Positions 1 to 16,480 of a stretch of DNA of 64,000 nt are shown here, piece after piece. The DNA comes from Escherichia coli. GTDB lineage: Bacteria > Pseudomonadota > Gammaproteobacteria > Enterobacterales > Enterobacteriaceae. The notes beneath the pieces were generated by a model. The model made no database searches and had not been told where the DNA came from. It was given only the letters and a program-made list of their open reading frames with translations. The position numbers and the translations under genes were made by a program. Within the stretch, counting starts at the first letter, position 1; each line of letters begins with the position of its first letter. Location: NCBI RefSeq assembly GCF_030384885.1, contig NZ_CP128613.1. One strand, 5' to 3'.

Positions 1-994
1 GCACCGTTCCGGCGATCAGCTGAAAATCACTGCTCACCTGGCGATCGCTACCAAACGGGTAAAAGGTTTTCTCTTCAATGGCTTTTAGCAACATTGCCTG
101 TTCGTCTGCGCCCAGTTCGCCAATCTCATCAAGAAACAACATGCCGCCGTTGGCACTGCGTAATAATCCTTCACGAGATTCCCGCGCCCCGGTAAACGCG
201 CCTTTTACATGACCAAACAGCGTCGACATGGCGGTATCACCGCGCAGGGTGGCGCAGTTCACTTCCACAAACGCGCCGCTAAACTGATGCCGCGCCTGTT
301 TTAACTCGAAGATGCGTCGTGCCAGAAACGACTTTCCCGCACCGGTCGGGCCGTTAAGCAGGATCGGTGCGCGGGATTTGATCGCCACTTTTTCGATCTG
401 CTCAATCATGCGGTTGAAGTGGGCGTTACGCGTGGCAATGCCGGATTTGAGGAAATCGAGGGTTTGCTGGCGTTCTTCGGCAAAGCGGCTGGCGATGGCG
501 TTATAACGGCTTAAATCGAGATCGATAATCGTCACTTCACCTGCGCCGCGCGGTTGTTCTTTTTTGCGCGGTGGTGAAGATTGTATCAACCGGGCGGGCA
601 AGTAACGCGCTTCTGCCAGCAGAAACCAGCAAATCTGCGCGACGTGGGTACCGGTGGTGATGTGAATTAAATAGTCTTCTTTATCAGGTTCGAACGCGTA
701 ACCACGGGCGAAATCATGCAGGCAGGCGTAAACCTCCTCGAAATCCCACGGGTTATGCAGTTCAATCTCAACGCTCACCACTTCTGTTTCTGGCGAAACA
801 TTGGCGATATCGCGTTTAAGCGTTTCAAACAGCGAGCGTGAGCGGGCGTCGTGCAACAATTCCAGTCGATTGATGACTAACGATTCTTGCTGGCATAGAC
901 AGAGTGACGGACGCCATTTCGACCATCGCTGACTGCCGCGCCCGGCATAATCCAGTACGGTGCCGACAAAGCCAAAAGCCACTGTTTTACGCAT
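1..994 (-). CDS. rtcR: Sigma-54-dependent transcriptional activator RtcR, N-terminal part only; the 3' end of the gene lies beyond the window start
   Basis: Reverse-strand translation from ATG (complement of 992-994) reads MRKTVAFGFVGTVLDYAGRGSQRW..., matching remembered RtcR; divergent from rtcBA with a sigma-54 promoter between them. The track ORF 312-506(+) is antisense to it. Confidence 0.85.
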   Translation of the reverse strand, partial: MRKTVAFGFVGTVLDYAGRGSQRWSKWRPSLCLCQQESLVINRLELLHDARSRSLFETLKRDIANVSPETEVVSVEIELHNPWDFEEVYACLHDFARGYAFEPDKEDYLIHITTGTHVAQICWFLLAEARYLPARLIQSSPPRKKEQPRGAGEVTIIDLDLSRYNAIASRFAEERQQTLDFLKSGIATRNAHFNRMIEQIEKVAIKSRAPILLNGPTGAGKSFLARRIFELKQARHQFSGAFVEVNCATLRGDTAMSTLFGHVKGAFTGARESREGLLRSANGGMLFLDEIGELGADEQAMLLKAIEEKTFYPFGSDRQVSSDFQLIAGTV

Positions 995-1127
995 CTTAGA
1001 TATCCTTATAAAAGACGATATTTCATTATCGGCGAATTGGCTTTGCGGGAAATCTCCGCTTACGGACGTAAAGATTTAATCTATTAAAAACAATGAATTA
1101 AAAAATTAAGCTGCTTATTTAATTTTC

Positions 1128-1143
1128 TGGCACGACGGTTGCA
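1128..1143 (+). promoter_or_regulatory. Sigma-54 (-24/-12) promoter for rtcBA
   Basis: TGGCAC-gacgg-TTGCA is a perfect match to the TGGCAC-N5-TTGCW consensus, about 40 bp upstream of the rtcB ATG. Confidence 0.8.
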
Positions 1144-1181
1144 ATTATCAGGACAGCAAACAACGAAAAGAGAAAAACAAA

Positions 1182-2408
1182 ATGAATTACGAATTACTGA
1201 CCACTGAAAATGCCCCGGTAAAAATGTGGACCAAAGGCGTGCCGGTAGAGGCCGATGCGCGTCAGCAACTTATTAATACGGCGAAGATGCCGTTTATTTT
1301 CAAACATATTGCGGTAATGCCGGATGTACACCTGGGTAAAGGTTCCACCATTGGTAGCGTGATCCCAACCAAAGGAGCGATTATTCCGGCGGCGGTGGGG
1401 GTAGATATCGGTTGTGGAATGAACGCACTGCGAACTGCGTTAACGGCGGCTGACCTGCCTGAAAACCTGGCGGAGCTGCGTCAGGCGATTGAAACTGCCG
1501 TGCCGCACGGACGTTCCAATAATCGTAGCCGTCGTGATAAAGGCGCATGGGAGCATCCGCCTGTTAACGTCGATGCTAAATGGGCCGAGCTGGAAGCTGG
1601 TTATCAGTGGTTAACGCAAAAATATCCGCGTTTCCTTAACACTAATAACTATAAACATCTGGGAACGCTGGGAACGGGTAACCACTTTATTGAAATCTGC
1701 CTTGATGAGTCGGACCAGGTGTGGATTATGCTGCACTCCGGTTCACGCGGAATTGGTAATGCCATCGGGACTTACTTTATCGATCTGGCACAAAAAGAGA
1801 TGCAGGAAACGCTTGAAACGTTGCCATCGCGTGACCTGGCGTACTTTATGGAAGGTACGGAATACTTTGATGATTACCTGAAAGCGGTGGCCTGGGCGCA
1901 GCTTTTTGCCAGCCTTAACCGCGATGCGATGATGGAAAATGTGGTAACGGCGTTGCAGAGCGTTACGCAGAAAACGGTAAGACAGCCACAAACGCTGGCG
2001 ATGGAAGAGATCAACTGTCACCACAACTATGTGCAAAAAGAACAGCACTTTGGCGAAGAGATCTATGTGACGCGTAAAGGCGCGGTGTCTGCGCGTGCTG
2101 GTCAATATGGAATTATTCCCGGTTCGATGGGGGCGAAAAGCTTTATTGTCCGTGGGCTGGGAAATGAAGAGTCGTTCTGTTCGTGCAGCCACGGTGCCGG
2201 GCGGGTAATGAGCCGTACTAAAGCGAAAAAACTGTTCAGCGTGGAAGATCAAATTCGTGCCACCGCGCATGTGGAATGCCGTAAAGATGCCGAAGTGATC
2301 GACGAAATCCCGATGGCGTATAAAGATATCGACGCGGTGATGGCGGCACAAAGCGATCTGGTGGAAGTTATCTACACCCTGCGTCAGGTGGTGTGTGTAA
2401 AAGGATAA
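1182..2408 (+). CDS. rtcB: RNA-splicing ligase RtcB
   Basis: 408 aa ORF; MNYELLTTENAPVKMWTKGVPVEADARQQL... matches remembered RtcB. Confidence 0.95.
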   Translation: MNYELLTTENAPVKMWTKGVPVEADARQQLINTAKMPFIFKHIAVMPDVHLGKGSTIGSVIPTKGAIIPAAVGVDIGCGMNALRTALTAADLPENLAELRQAIETAVPHGRSNNRSRRDKGAWEHPPVNVDAKWAELEAGYQWLTQKYPRFLNTNNYKHLGTLGTGNHFIEICLDESDQVWIMLHSGSRGIGNAIGTYFIDLAQKEMQETLETLPSRDLAYFMEGTEYFDDYLKAVAWAQLFASLNRDAMMENVVTALQSVTQKTVRQPQTLAMEEINCHHNYVQKEQHFGEEIYVTRKGAVSARAGQYGIIPGSMGAKSFIVRGLGNEESFCSCSHGAGRVMSRTKAKKLFSVEDQIRATAHVECRKDAEVIDEIPMAYKDIDAVMAAQSDLVEVIYTLRQVVCVKG

Positions 2409-3428
<1,020 letters not shown>

Positions 3429-3470
3429 TATAAAGATGTAAGCCGGAACCGACGTATTATCCGGCTAAAC

Positions 3471-6182
<2,712 letters not shown>

Positions 6183-6698
6183 TCACTTCACTGTGGAAAA
6201 TGAGGAAATATTATTTTTTTTGCGCTTCGTAATTAATGGTTATAAGGTCGGCCAGAAACCCTTCTAATGCAAGCGATGACGTTTTTTTATGTGTCTGAAT
6301 TTGCACTGTGTCACAATTCCAAATGTTTATTAACAACTCACCTAATAACGACGCTGATGCAGCGTGAATACTGGGTTTTACGGTATTTTCCTCATGTTCA
6401 TCAGTTTCATTTAAGCAAGGGAGTCTTCTCAATTCCTGATGAAAGAGCCATCTAAAAAGAGGATCTTAATAAACCTATTAAGAATGAGATGGAACAAACT
6501 GGATGTTTTACTTATGAAACTGTTTCACTCCTTTACTTAATTTATAGAGTTACCTTCCGCCTTTTGAAAATACACAACGGCCATTTTTTGCACCTAGATA
6601 CAGATTTTCTGCGCTGTATGGCATTGATTTGCTGCTAATCCTGTGGATTGCACTAGGTTTAAGTGGTCGAGATCACATTTCCTTGCTCATCCCCGCAA

Positions 6699-6728
6699 CT
6701 CCTCCCTGCCTAATCCCCCGCAGGATGA
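6699..6728 (+). promoter_or_regulatory. Candidate MalT boxes of the malPQ promoter
   Basis: GGATGA at 6723-6728 and the reverse complement of GGAGGA at 6699-6704, matching the GGA(T/G)GA MalT box, 70-100 bp upstream of malP. Confidence 0.5.
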
Positions 6729-6775
6729 GGAAGGTCAACATCGAGCCTGGCAAACTAGCGATAACGTTGTGTTGA

Positions 6776-9193
<2,418 letters not shown>

Positions 9194-9202
9194 GGAAGCT
9201 CG

Positions 9203-11287
9203 ATGGAAAGCAAACGTCTGGATAATGCCGCGCTGGCGGCGGGGATCAGCCCCAATTACATCAATGCCCACGGTAAACCGCAGTCGATTAGCGCCGAAAC
9301 CAAACGGCGTTTGCTTGACGCGATGCATCAACGTACCGCCACGAAAGTGGCGGTAACGCCAGTCCCGAATGTCATGGTCTATACCAGCGGCAAAAAAATG
9401 CCGATGGCGGTGGAGGGCAGCGGCGAATATAGCTGGCTGCTGACCACCGAAGAAGGAACGCAGTACAAAGGCCATGTAACGGGGGGCAAAGCGTTCAATT
9501 TACCGACGAAGTTGCCGGAAGGTTATCACACGTTGACACTCACCCAGGACGACCAGCGCGCGCATTGCCGGGTGATTGTCGCCCCGAAACGCTGTTACGA
9601 ACCGCAGGCGTTGCTGAATAAACAAAAGCTGTGGGGCGCCTGCGTCCAGCTTTATACGCTGCGATCGGAAAAAAACTGGGGTATTGGGGATTTTGGCGAT
9701 CTCAAAGTGATGCTGGTGGATGTGGCAAAACGTGGCGGGGCTTTCATCGGTCTGAACCCGATTCATGCGCTCTATCCGGCAAATCCGGAAAGTGCCAGTC
9801 CGTATAGCCCGTCTTCTCGTCGCTGGCTAAATGTGGTTTATATCGACGTTAACGCCGTCGAAGATTTCCATCTTAGCGAAGAGGCTCAGGCCTGGTGGCA
9901 GTTACCGACCACGCAACAGACGCTGCAACAGGCACGGGATGCCGACTGGGTCGATTACTCCACCGTCACTGCGCTGAAAATGACAGCATTGCGGATGGCG
10001 TGGAAAGGTTTTGCGCAACGTGATGATGAGCAGATGGCCGCGTTTCGCCAGTTTGTTGCAGAGCAGGGCGACAGCCTGTTCTGGCAGGCGGCGTTTGACG
10101 CGTTACATGCCCAGCAAGTGAAAGAAGACGAAATGCGCTGGGGCTGGCCTGCATGGCCAGAGATGTATCAGAACGTGGATTCACCAGAAGTGCGTCAGTT
10201 CTGCGAAGAACATCGTGATGACGTCGATTTTTATCTCTGGTTGCAGTGGCTGGCTTACAGCCAGTTTGCCGCCTGCTGGGAGATAAGCCAGGGCCATGAA
10301 ATGCCGATTGGCTTGTACCGTGATCTGGCGGTTGGCGTAGCAGAGGGTGGAGCAGAAACCTGGTGCGACCGGGAGTTGTATTGCCTGAAAGCGTCGGTGG
10401 GCGCGCCGCCGGATATCCTCGGCCCGTTGGGGCAGAACTGGGGATTGCCGCCGATGGATCCGCATATCATCACCGCGCGTGCCTATGAACCGTTTATCGA
10501 GCTGTTGCGTGCCAATATGCAAAACTGCGGCGCGTTGCGAATTGACCATGTGATGTCGATGCTGCGTTTGTGGTGGATACCGTATGGCGAGACGGCAGAT
10601 CAGGGCGCGTATGTTCACTATCCGGTAGATGATCTGCTCTCGATTCTGGCACTCGAAAGTAAGCGCCATCGCTGCATGGTGATTGGTGAAGACCTCGGCA
10701 CTGTACCGGTAGAGATTGTCGGTAAACTGCGCAGCAGCGGTGTGTACTCCTACAAAGTGCTCTATTTCGAAAGCGACCACGAGAAGACATTCCGCGCGCC
10801 GAAAGCGTATCCGGAGCAGTCGATGGCGGTTGCGGCGACACACGACCTGCCTACACTGCGTGGCTACTGGGAGAGCGGGGATTTAACACTGGGCAAAACG
10901 CTGGGGCTGTACCCGGATGAAGTGGTATTGCGCGGTCTGTATCAGGATCGCGAACTGGCGAAGCAAGGGTTACTGGATGCACTGCATAAACATGGTTGCC
11001 TGCCAAAACGTGCGGGGCATAAGGCATCGTTAATGTCGATGACGCCGATGCTTAATCGTGGTTTGCAACGTTATATCGCTGATAGTAACAGTGCTCTGTT
11101 AGGGCTTCAGCCAGAAGACTGGCTGGATATGGCCGAACCGGTAAATATTCCCGGAACCAGTTACCAGTATAAAAACTGGCGGCGCAAGCTTTCCGCAACG
11201 CTTGAGACGATGTTTGCTGATGATGGCGTGAACAAGTTGCTGAAGGATTTGGACAGACGGCGCAGAGCGGCTGCGAAGAAGCAGTAG
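9203..11287 (+). CDS. malQ: 4-alpha-glucanotransferase (amylomaltase)
   Basis: 694 aa; MESKRLDNAALAAGISPNYINAHGKPQ...; 9 bp downstream of the malP stop. Confidence 0.97.
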   Translation: MESKRLDNAALAAGISPNYINAHGKPQSISAETKRRLLDAMHQRTATKVAVTPVPNVMVYTSGKKMPMAVEGSGEYSWLLTTEEGTQYKGHVTGGKAFNLPTKLPEGYHTLTLTQDDQRAHCRVIVAPKRCYEPQALLNKQKLWGACVQLYTLRSEKNWGIGDFGDLKVMLVDVAKRGGAFIGLNPIHALYPANPESASPYSPSSRRWLNVVYIDVNAVEDFHLSEEAQAWWQLPTTQQTLQQARDADWVDYSTVTALKMTALRMAWKGFAQRDDEQMAAFRQFVAEQGDSLFWQAAFDALHAQQVKEDEMRWGWPAWPEMYQNVDSPEVRQFCEEHRDDVDFYLWLQWLAYSQFAACWEISQGHEMPIGLYRDLAVGVAEGGAETWCDRELYCLKASVGAPPDILGPLGQNWGLPPMDPHIITARAYEPFIELLRANMQNCGALRIDHVMSMLRLWWIPYGETADQGAYVHYPVDDLLSILALESKRHRCMVIGEDLGTVPVEIVGKLRSSGVYSYKVLYFESDHEKTFRAPKAYPEQSMAVAATHDLPTLRGYWESGDLTLGKTLGLYPDEVVLRGLYQDRELAKQGLLDALHKHGCLPKRAGHKASLMSMTPMLNRGLQRYIADSNSALLGLQPEDWLDMAEPVNIPGTSYQYKNWRRKLSATLETMFADDGVNKLLKDLDRRRRAAAKKQ

Positions 11288-11299
11288 AGAGCGGTTGAT

Positions 11300-11320
11300 G
11301 CCGGATGCGATGCATCCGGC
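11300..11320. terminator. Bidirectional hairpin between convergent malQ and gntT
   Basis: GCCGGATGC-gat-GCATCCGGC, a 9 bp stem with 3 nt loop. Confidence 0.6.
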
Positions 11321-11331
11321 AGTCAGTGTTA

Positions 11332-12648
11332 TCAAATCACCATATTCAGCAGCAGACAGCCTACCAGACCGCACACCGAGATAATGGTTTCCAGCATCGA
11401 CCAGGACTTGATGGTCTCGCCGATAGTCAGGTTAAAGTACTCTTTGAATAGCCAGAAGCCCGGATCGTTCACGTGAGAGAAAATCACACTACCGGAACCA
11501 ACCGCAATAACCATCAGTTCCGGGCTAACACCCGTCGTTGCAATTAGTGGTGCCGCGATACCCCCCGCAGTGATTGCCGCAACGGTTGCGGAACCCAGCG
11601 CGATACGCAGTACGGCGGCAATCGACCAGGCCATCAGCAGCGGAGAAATGTTGGTTTCGTGCATCATGGAAGCAATGTATTTGTCCACGCCGCTGTCTAC
11701 CAGCACCTGCTTGAACGCACCGCCACCACCGATGATCAACAGCATCATCGCGATGATTTTGATGGAAGAAACCAGCGTGTCGTTAATCTGATCCATTGAA
11801 CGACCACGGTTCAGACCAAAGGTGAACATCGCAATCAACACGGCAATCAGCGTTGCCATTACCGGGTCACCGAGGAACTCCGCCACTGGCAGGAAAGCGT
11901 GACCTTTCGGCAGGATCATTTCGGCAATTGCACGCATCGCCATCAGCACAACCGGCACCAGAGAAGTCCAGACGCTGACGCCAAAGCTTGGCATCTCTTC
12001 TTCGCTGAAGGTTTTCGCGCTGTACAGACCTTCCGGGATTGGCTTATCGATACCTTTCAGCACGCGAGCGTAAACCGGACCGGCGAGAATAACGGTTGGG
12101 ATTGCCAGAATAGTTCCGTACAGCAGGGTCTTACCCATATCGGCATTGAAAATGGTGGCAATCGCAGTTGGGCCCGGATGTGGCGGCAGGAAGCCGTGGG
12201 TCACAGACAGCGCAGCCGCCATTGGTACACCAACATACAGCAGCGGAATATTCGCGGAAGCCGCGATGGTAAACACCAGCGGCAGCATTAGCACGAAGCC
12301 CACTTCATAGAACAGGGCAAAACCGACAGTAAAACCGGTTAACACTACCGCCCATTGGATGTGTTTTTTACCAAATTTGGCAATCAGCGTGGTGGCGATA
12401 CGCTGTGCACCACCGCAGTCTGCCAGCATTTTGCCCAGCATCGCGCCAAAACCCATGATCAGGGCAAGGCTACCGAGCGTCCCGCCGACACCAGCTTTGA
12501 TGGAGCCAATAACTTTATCCAGCGGCATTCCCTGCATTAATCCAACAGCAAGCGCCACGAGGACGAGAGCGATGAATCCGTTCATTTTGAAGCGGATCAT
12601 CAGGAGCAACAACAAGATTACACCGATAGCAACAATGACTAATGGCAT
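11332..12648 (-). CDS. gntT: High-affinity gluconate:H+ symporter
   Basis: 438 aa polytopic membrane protein; MPLVIVAIGVILLLLLMIRFKMNGF... Confidence 0.95.
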   Translation of the reverse strand: MPLVIVAIGVILLLLLMIRFKMNGFIALVLVALAVGLMQGMPLDKVIGSIKAGVGGTLGSLALIMGFGAMLGKMLADCGGAQRIATTLIAKFGKKHIQWAVVLTGFTVGFALFYEVGFVLMLPLVFTIAASANIPLLYVGVPMAAALSVTHGFLPPHPGPTAIATIFNADMGKTLLYGTILAIPTVILAGPVYARVLKGIDKPIPEGLYSAKTFSEEEMPSFGVSVWTSLVPVVLMAMRAIAEMILPKGHAFLPVAEFLGDPVMATLIAVLIAMFTFGLNRGRSMDQINDTLVSSIKIIAMMLLIIGGGGAFKQVLVDSGVDKYIASMMHETNISPLLMAWSIAAVLRIALGSATVAAITAGGIAAPLIATTGVSPELMVIAVGSGSVIFSHVNDPGFWLFKEYFNLTIGETIKSWSMLETIISVCGLVGCLLLNMVI

Positions 12649-12668
12649 GATTTACCTGGCCTTTCATT

Positions 12669-12682
12669 TGTTATGGGTAACG
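12669..12682 (-). promoter_or_regulatory. Candidate GntR operator (proximal) of gntT
   Basis: TGTTATGGGTAACG, palindromic around GGGTAAC and similar to the distal site, about 20 bp upstream of the gntT ATG. Confidence 0.4.
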
Positions 12683-12797
12683 TCAATTTTCTGACGACAA
12701 ACTCTAATTATCCCAATCGGGAACAGAGATATTGCGGCACCACGACTGATACCCACTAAAACTAATTATTGTAGTCAGATGTCAGGAGTATGTTTGG

Positions 12798-12814
12798 TAC
12801 CCACGTGAATGATA
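12798..12814 (-). promoter_or_regulatory. Candidate GntR operator (distal) of gntT
   Basis: Reverse complement reads ATGTTACCCGTATCATT, matching the remembered GntR operator half-palindrome ATGTTACC...; in the gntT upstream region. Confidence 0.55.
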
Positions 12815-12999
12815 CGGGTAACATCTGGCGTTTGAGAATCACCAGAGCGGGGTAAATTTAAATTATGAGAGGTTGGTCATATTATCGCGGGGAAACGTAG
12901 GGACTGGATTTGCCGAGGCAATGTAGCGCCAACGCCTGGCAGACGGCCCGATAAGACGCTTTAGCGTCGCATCGGGCAATCTATAAAAGAGAGGATAAC

Positions 13000-13575
13000 T
13001 TAGTAGTAAGAGTGTTCGCCGCGCTGGTGTTCGGTGAGATCGCGTACACCTTTCAGCTCCGGGAATTCGTTCAGCAGCTGCTTTTCGATCCCTTCTTTCA
13101 GCGTCACATCGACCATTGAACAACCGTTACAACCGCCGCCAAATTGCAGAATGGCGTAACCGTCTTCGGTGATTTCCATCAGCGAAACGCGACCACCGTG
13201 ACCGGCAAGCTGTGGGTTGATCTGCGACTGCAGCATATACTCCACGCGCTCCATCAGCGGCGCATCGTCAGCTACTTTGCGCATTTTGGCGTTTGGGGCT
13301 TTCAGCGTCAGCTGAGAACCCAACTGGTCGGTAACAAAGTCGATCTCTGCATCTTCCAGGTAAGGCGCGCTTAACTCATCAACATACGCGGTCAGCAGGT
13401 CAAATTTCAGGGCAGTGTCGGTGGCTTCCACAGCGTCCGGCGGACAATAAGAAACGCCACATTCAGCGTTAGGCGTGCCAGGGTTAATCACAAATACGCG
13501 GATTTGTGTCCCTTCTTCCTGATTTGCCAGCAGTTTGGCAAAGTGCGCTTGTGCAGCATCGGAAATACGGATCAT
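13000..13575 (-). CDS. nfuA: Fe/S cluster biogenesis protein NfuA
   Basis: 191 aa; [29 protein letters not shown]... with a C-terminal Nfu domain CNGC motif. Confidence 0.95.
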
Positions 13576-13633
13576 AGTAATGGCCTAATAGTTGACTATT
13601 TTAGTTGGTTATAATACGCCCATCATCGAGGCT

Positions 13634-14335
<702 letters not shown>

Positions 14336-14336
14336 A

Positions 14337-15125
<789 letters not shown>

Positions 15126-15156
15126 ACAGCTGTTGAAATGGCGAGACAGAACTTTA

Positions 15157-16032
15157 CTAGCTCGCCGCAGCCAACTCCTCTTCTGACACCCCGGTAAATC
15201 GCATGATGTCTGCAAGAGGGACTCCGGATTCAAGCATTATTTTTGCTATATGCAAGGCTTTGGATTGTTCCCCCTCTTGCCGCAATCTTTCCGCAATAGT
15301 CATTAAACTCTCCTTGTGTTTCGGTGAACGTTCGGCAACGCCGTCGATAAAATCGTTAAAACGTACCGCATCGCCGGTTTGTAGTATGTAATTAAACAGC
15401 CCTTTGATTTGTCTGTCATTAGCGTATCCACTACTTAATAAGCAGGCCATTTGCTCTACTAGCCCCATCAGGTCGCGTTGACGTATATGTTTTTGAATTA
15501 GCTCCAGCAGCGCCATGCGCCGGTGCTGCATGATTTCATCATCAGGCATGACAGTGACATCAATCAGCGGAAATGCAGAGGCATAAAGCTGCCTTGCCAG
15601 TTTGGGATCGGCGAAACAATCCAGCCAACACAGTGAATAGGGATAGGGGCTTTCAATGCCGTGGTAAAACAACAATGGCACCACCATCGGCAACGTTTTG
15701 TATCCGGCATCCAGGTGATTTTGCATTGCGGCAATGGCGTAACGCATCATGCGAAATGCGATCAGTTTGTTTGAGGTGCTTTGATGTTCAATCAGACAAT
15801 AGATATATCCCGGTCCTTGTTCCGTTTTCACCGACCACAGCACGTCGGAATAGCTTTCACGCAGATCGTCATCAATAAAGCTGCTCGACTCCAGCTTGAG
15901 GGTTTTCATATCACAGAGCGCGTGAATAGGTGCCGGTAAATGGAACGCAAGAAAATCGCGCGCCGTCTCCGGTTGGCGTAAAAAGAGTTTGAACAGCGCA
16001 TCGTGTGGGGTGGAACTCTGCTTTTTGCTCAT
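15157..16032 (-). CDS. rpnA: Recombination-promoting nuclease RpnA (YhgA, transposase_31/PD-(D/E)XK-like)
   Basis: 291 aa; [33 protein letters not shown]..., the characteristic Rpn/YhgA N-terminus. Confidence 0.85.
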   Translation of the reverse strand: MSKKQSSTPHDALFKLFLRQPETARDFLAFHLPAPIHALCDMKTLKLESSSFIDDDLRESYSDVLWSVKTEQGPGYIYCLIEHQSTSNKLIAFRMMRYAIAAMQNHLDAGYKTLPMVVPLLFYHGIESPYPYSLCWLDCFADPKLARQLYASAFPLIDVTVMPDDEIMQHRRMALLELIQKHIRQRDLMGLVEQMACLLSSGYANDRQIKGLFNYILQTGDAVRFNDFIDGVAERSPKHKESLMTIAERLRQEGEQSKALHIAKIMLESGVPLADIMRFTGVSEEELAAAS

Positions 16033-16176
16033 GGCGTTCCTTCACCTGTTGTTTGAATGCCGCGACTCTACGCGCCACTCCACACCTGTGCATTAGCGAG
16101 TTTTCATCCCTGCGAGACGCTTTCAGAGGAACTTACGTTGTACTGCAAGAGTTGCATTTTTATGGAAAGCCGCACG

Positions 16177-16215
16177 CAAAAAAGCCCGGTTGCAAACGCA
16201 TACCGGGCTTTCAAA
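16177..16215 (-). terminator. Rho-independent terminator downstream of feoC
   Basis: Stem AGCCCGGT/ACCGGGCT (16183-16190 and 16202-16209) followed on the minus strand by a T-run. Confidence 0.6.
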
Positions 16216-16233
16216 ACAGGTAGTAAAACAAGG

Positions 16234-16470
16234 TTAACGTAACGCCCACCACTCACGCAGACAGGCTTTGCCTTCCGGGCAGCTTTTACAACTCCCGGAG
16301 AGGCAGCCGTCAGGTTCTTCCTGAATTCGCACGGCTTTGCCCATACTTTCCAGCTGTTGCAGCATGGCGTTAATCATGGGTTGCGGAGTGTTCAATGTCT
16401 GGCTTATCTGGGCCGCTTCCATACGGCCCCGTAATGCCAGCAAATCACGCACCTGAATGAGCGAAGCCAT
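16234..16470 (-). CDS. feoC: Ferrous iron transport protein FeoC
   Basis: Track ORF is 92 aa; the recognised protein begins [23 protein letters not shown]... (78 aa), start trimmed to 16470. Confidence 0.85.
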   Translation of the reverse strand: MASLIQVRDLLALRGRMEAAQISQTLNTPQPMINAMLQQLESMGKAVRIQEEPDGCLSGSCKSCPEGKACLREWWALR

Positions 16471-16480
16471 TGCTGTATCC

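Noticed and set aside
6190-6470. Possible CRP site upstream of malT (TTTGC-actgtg-TCACA around 6305-6320)
   Set aside because: Only one half-site matches well; I could not place it confidently without a PWM scan, so it is not reported as a feature.
10181-10843. 220 aa minus-strand ORF inside malQ
   Set aside because: Antisense to malQ; Arg/His-rich spurious frame.
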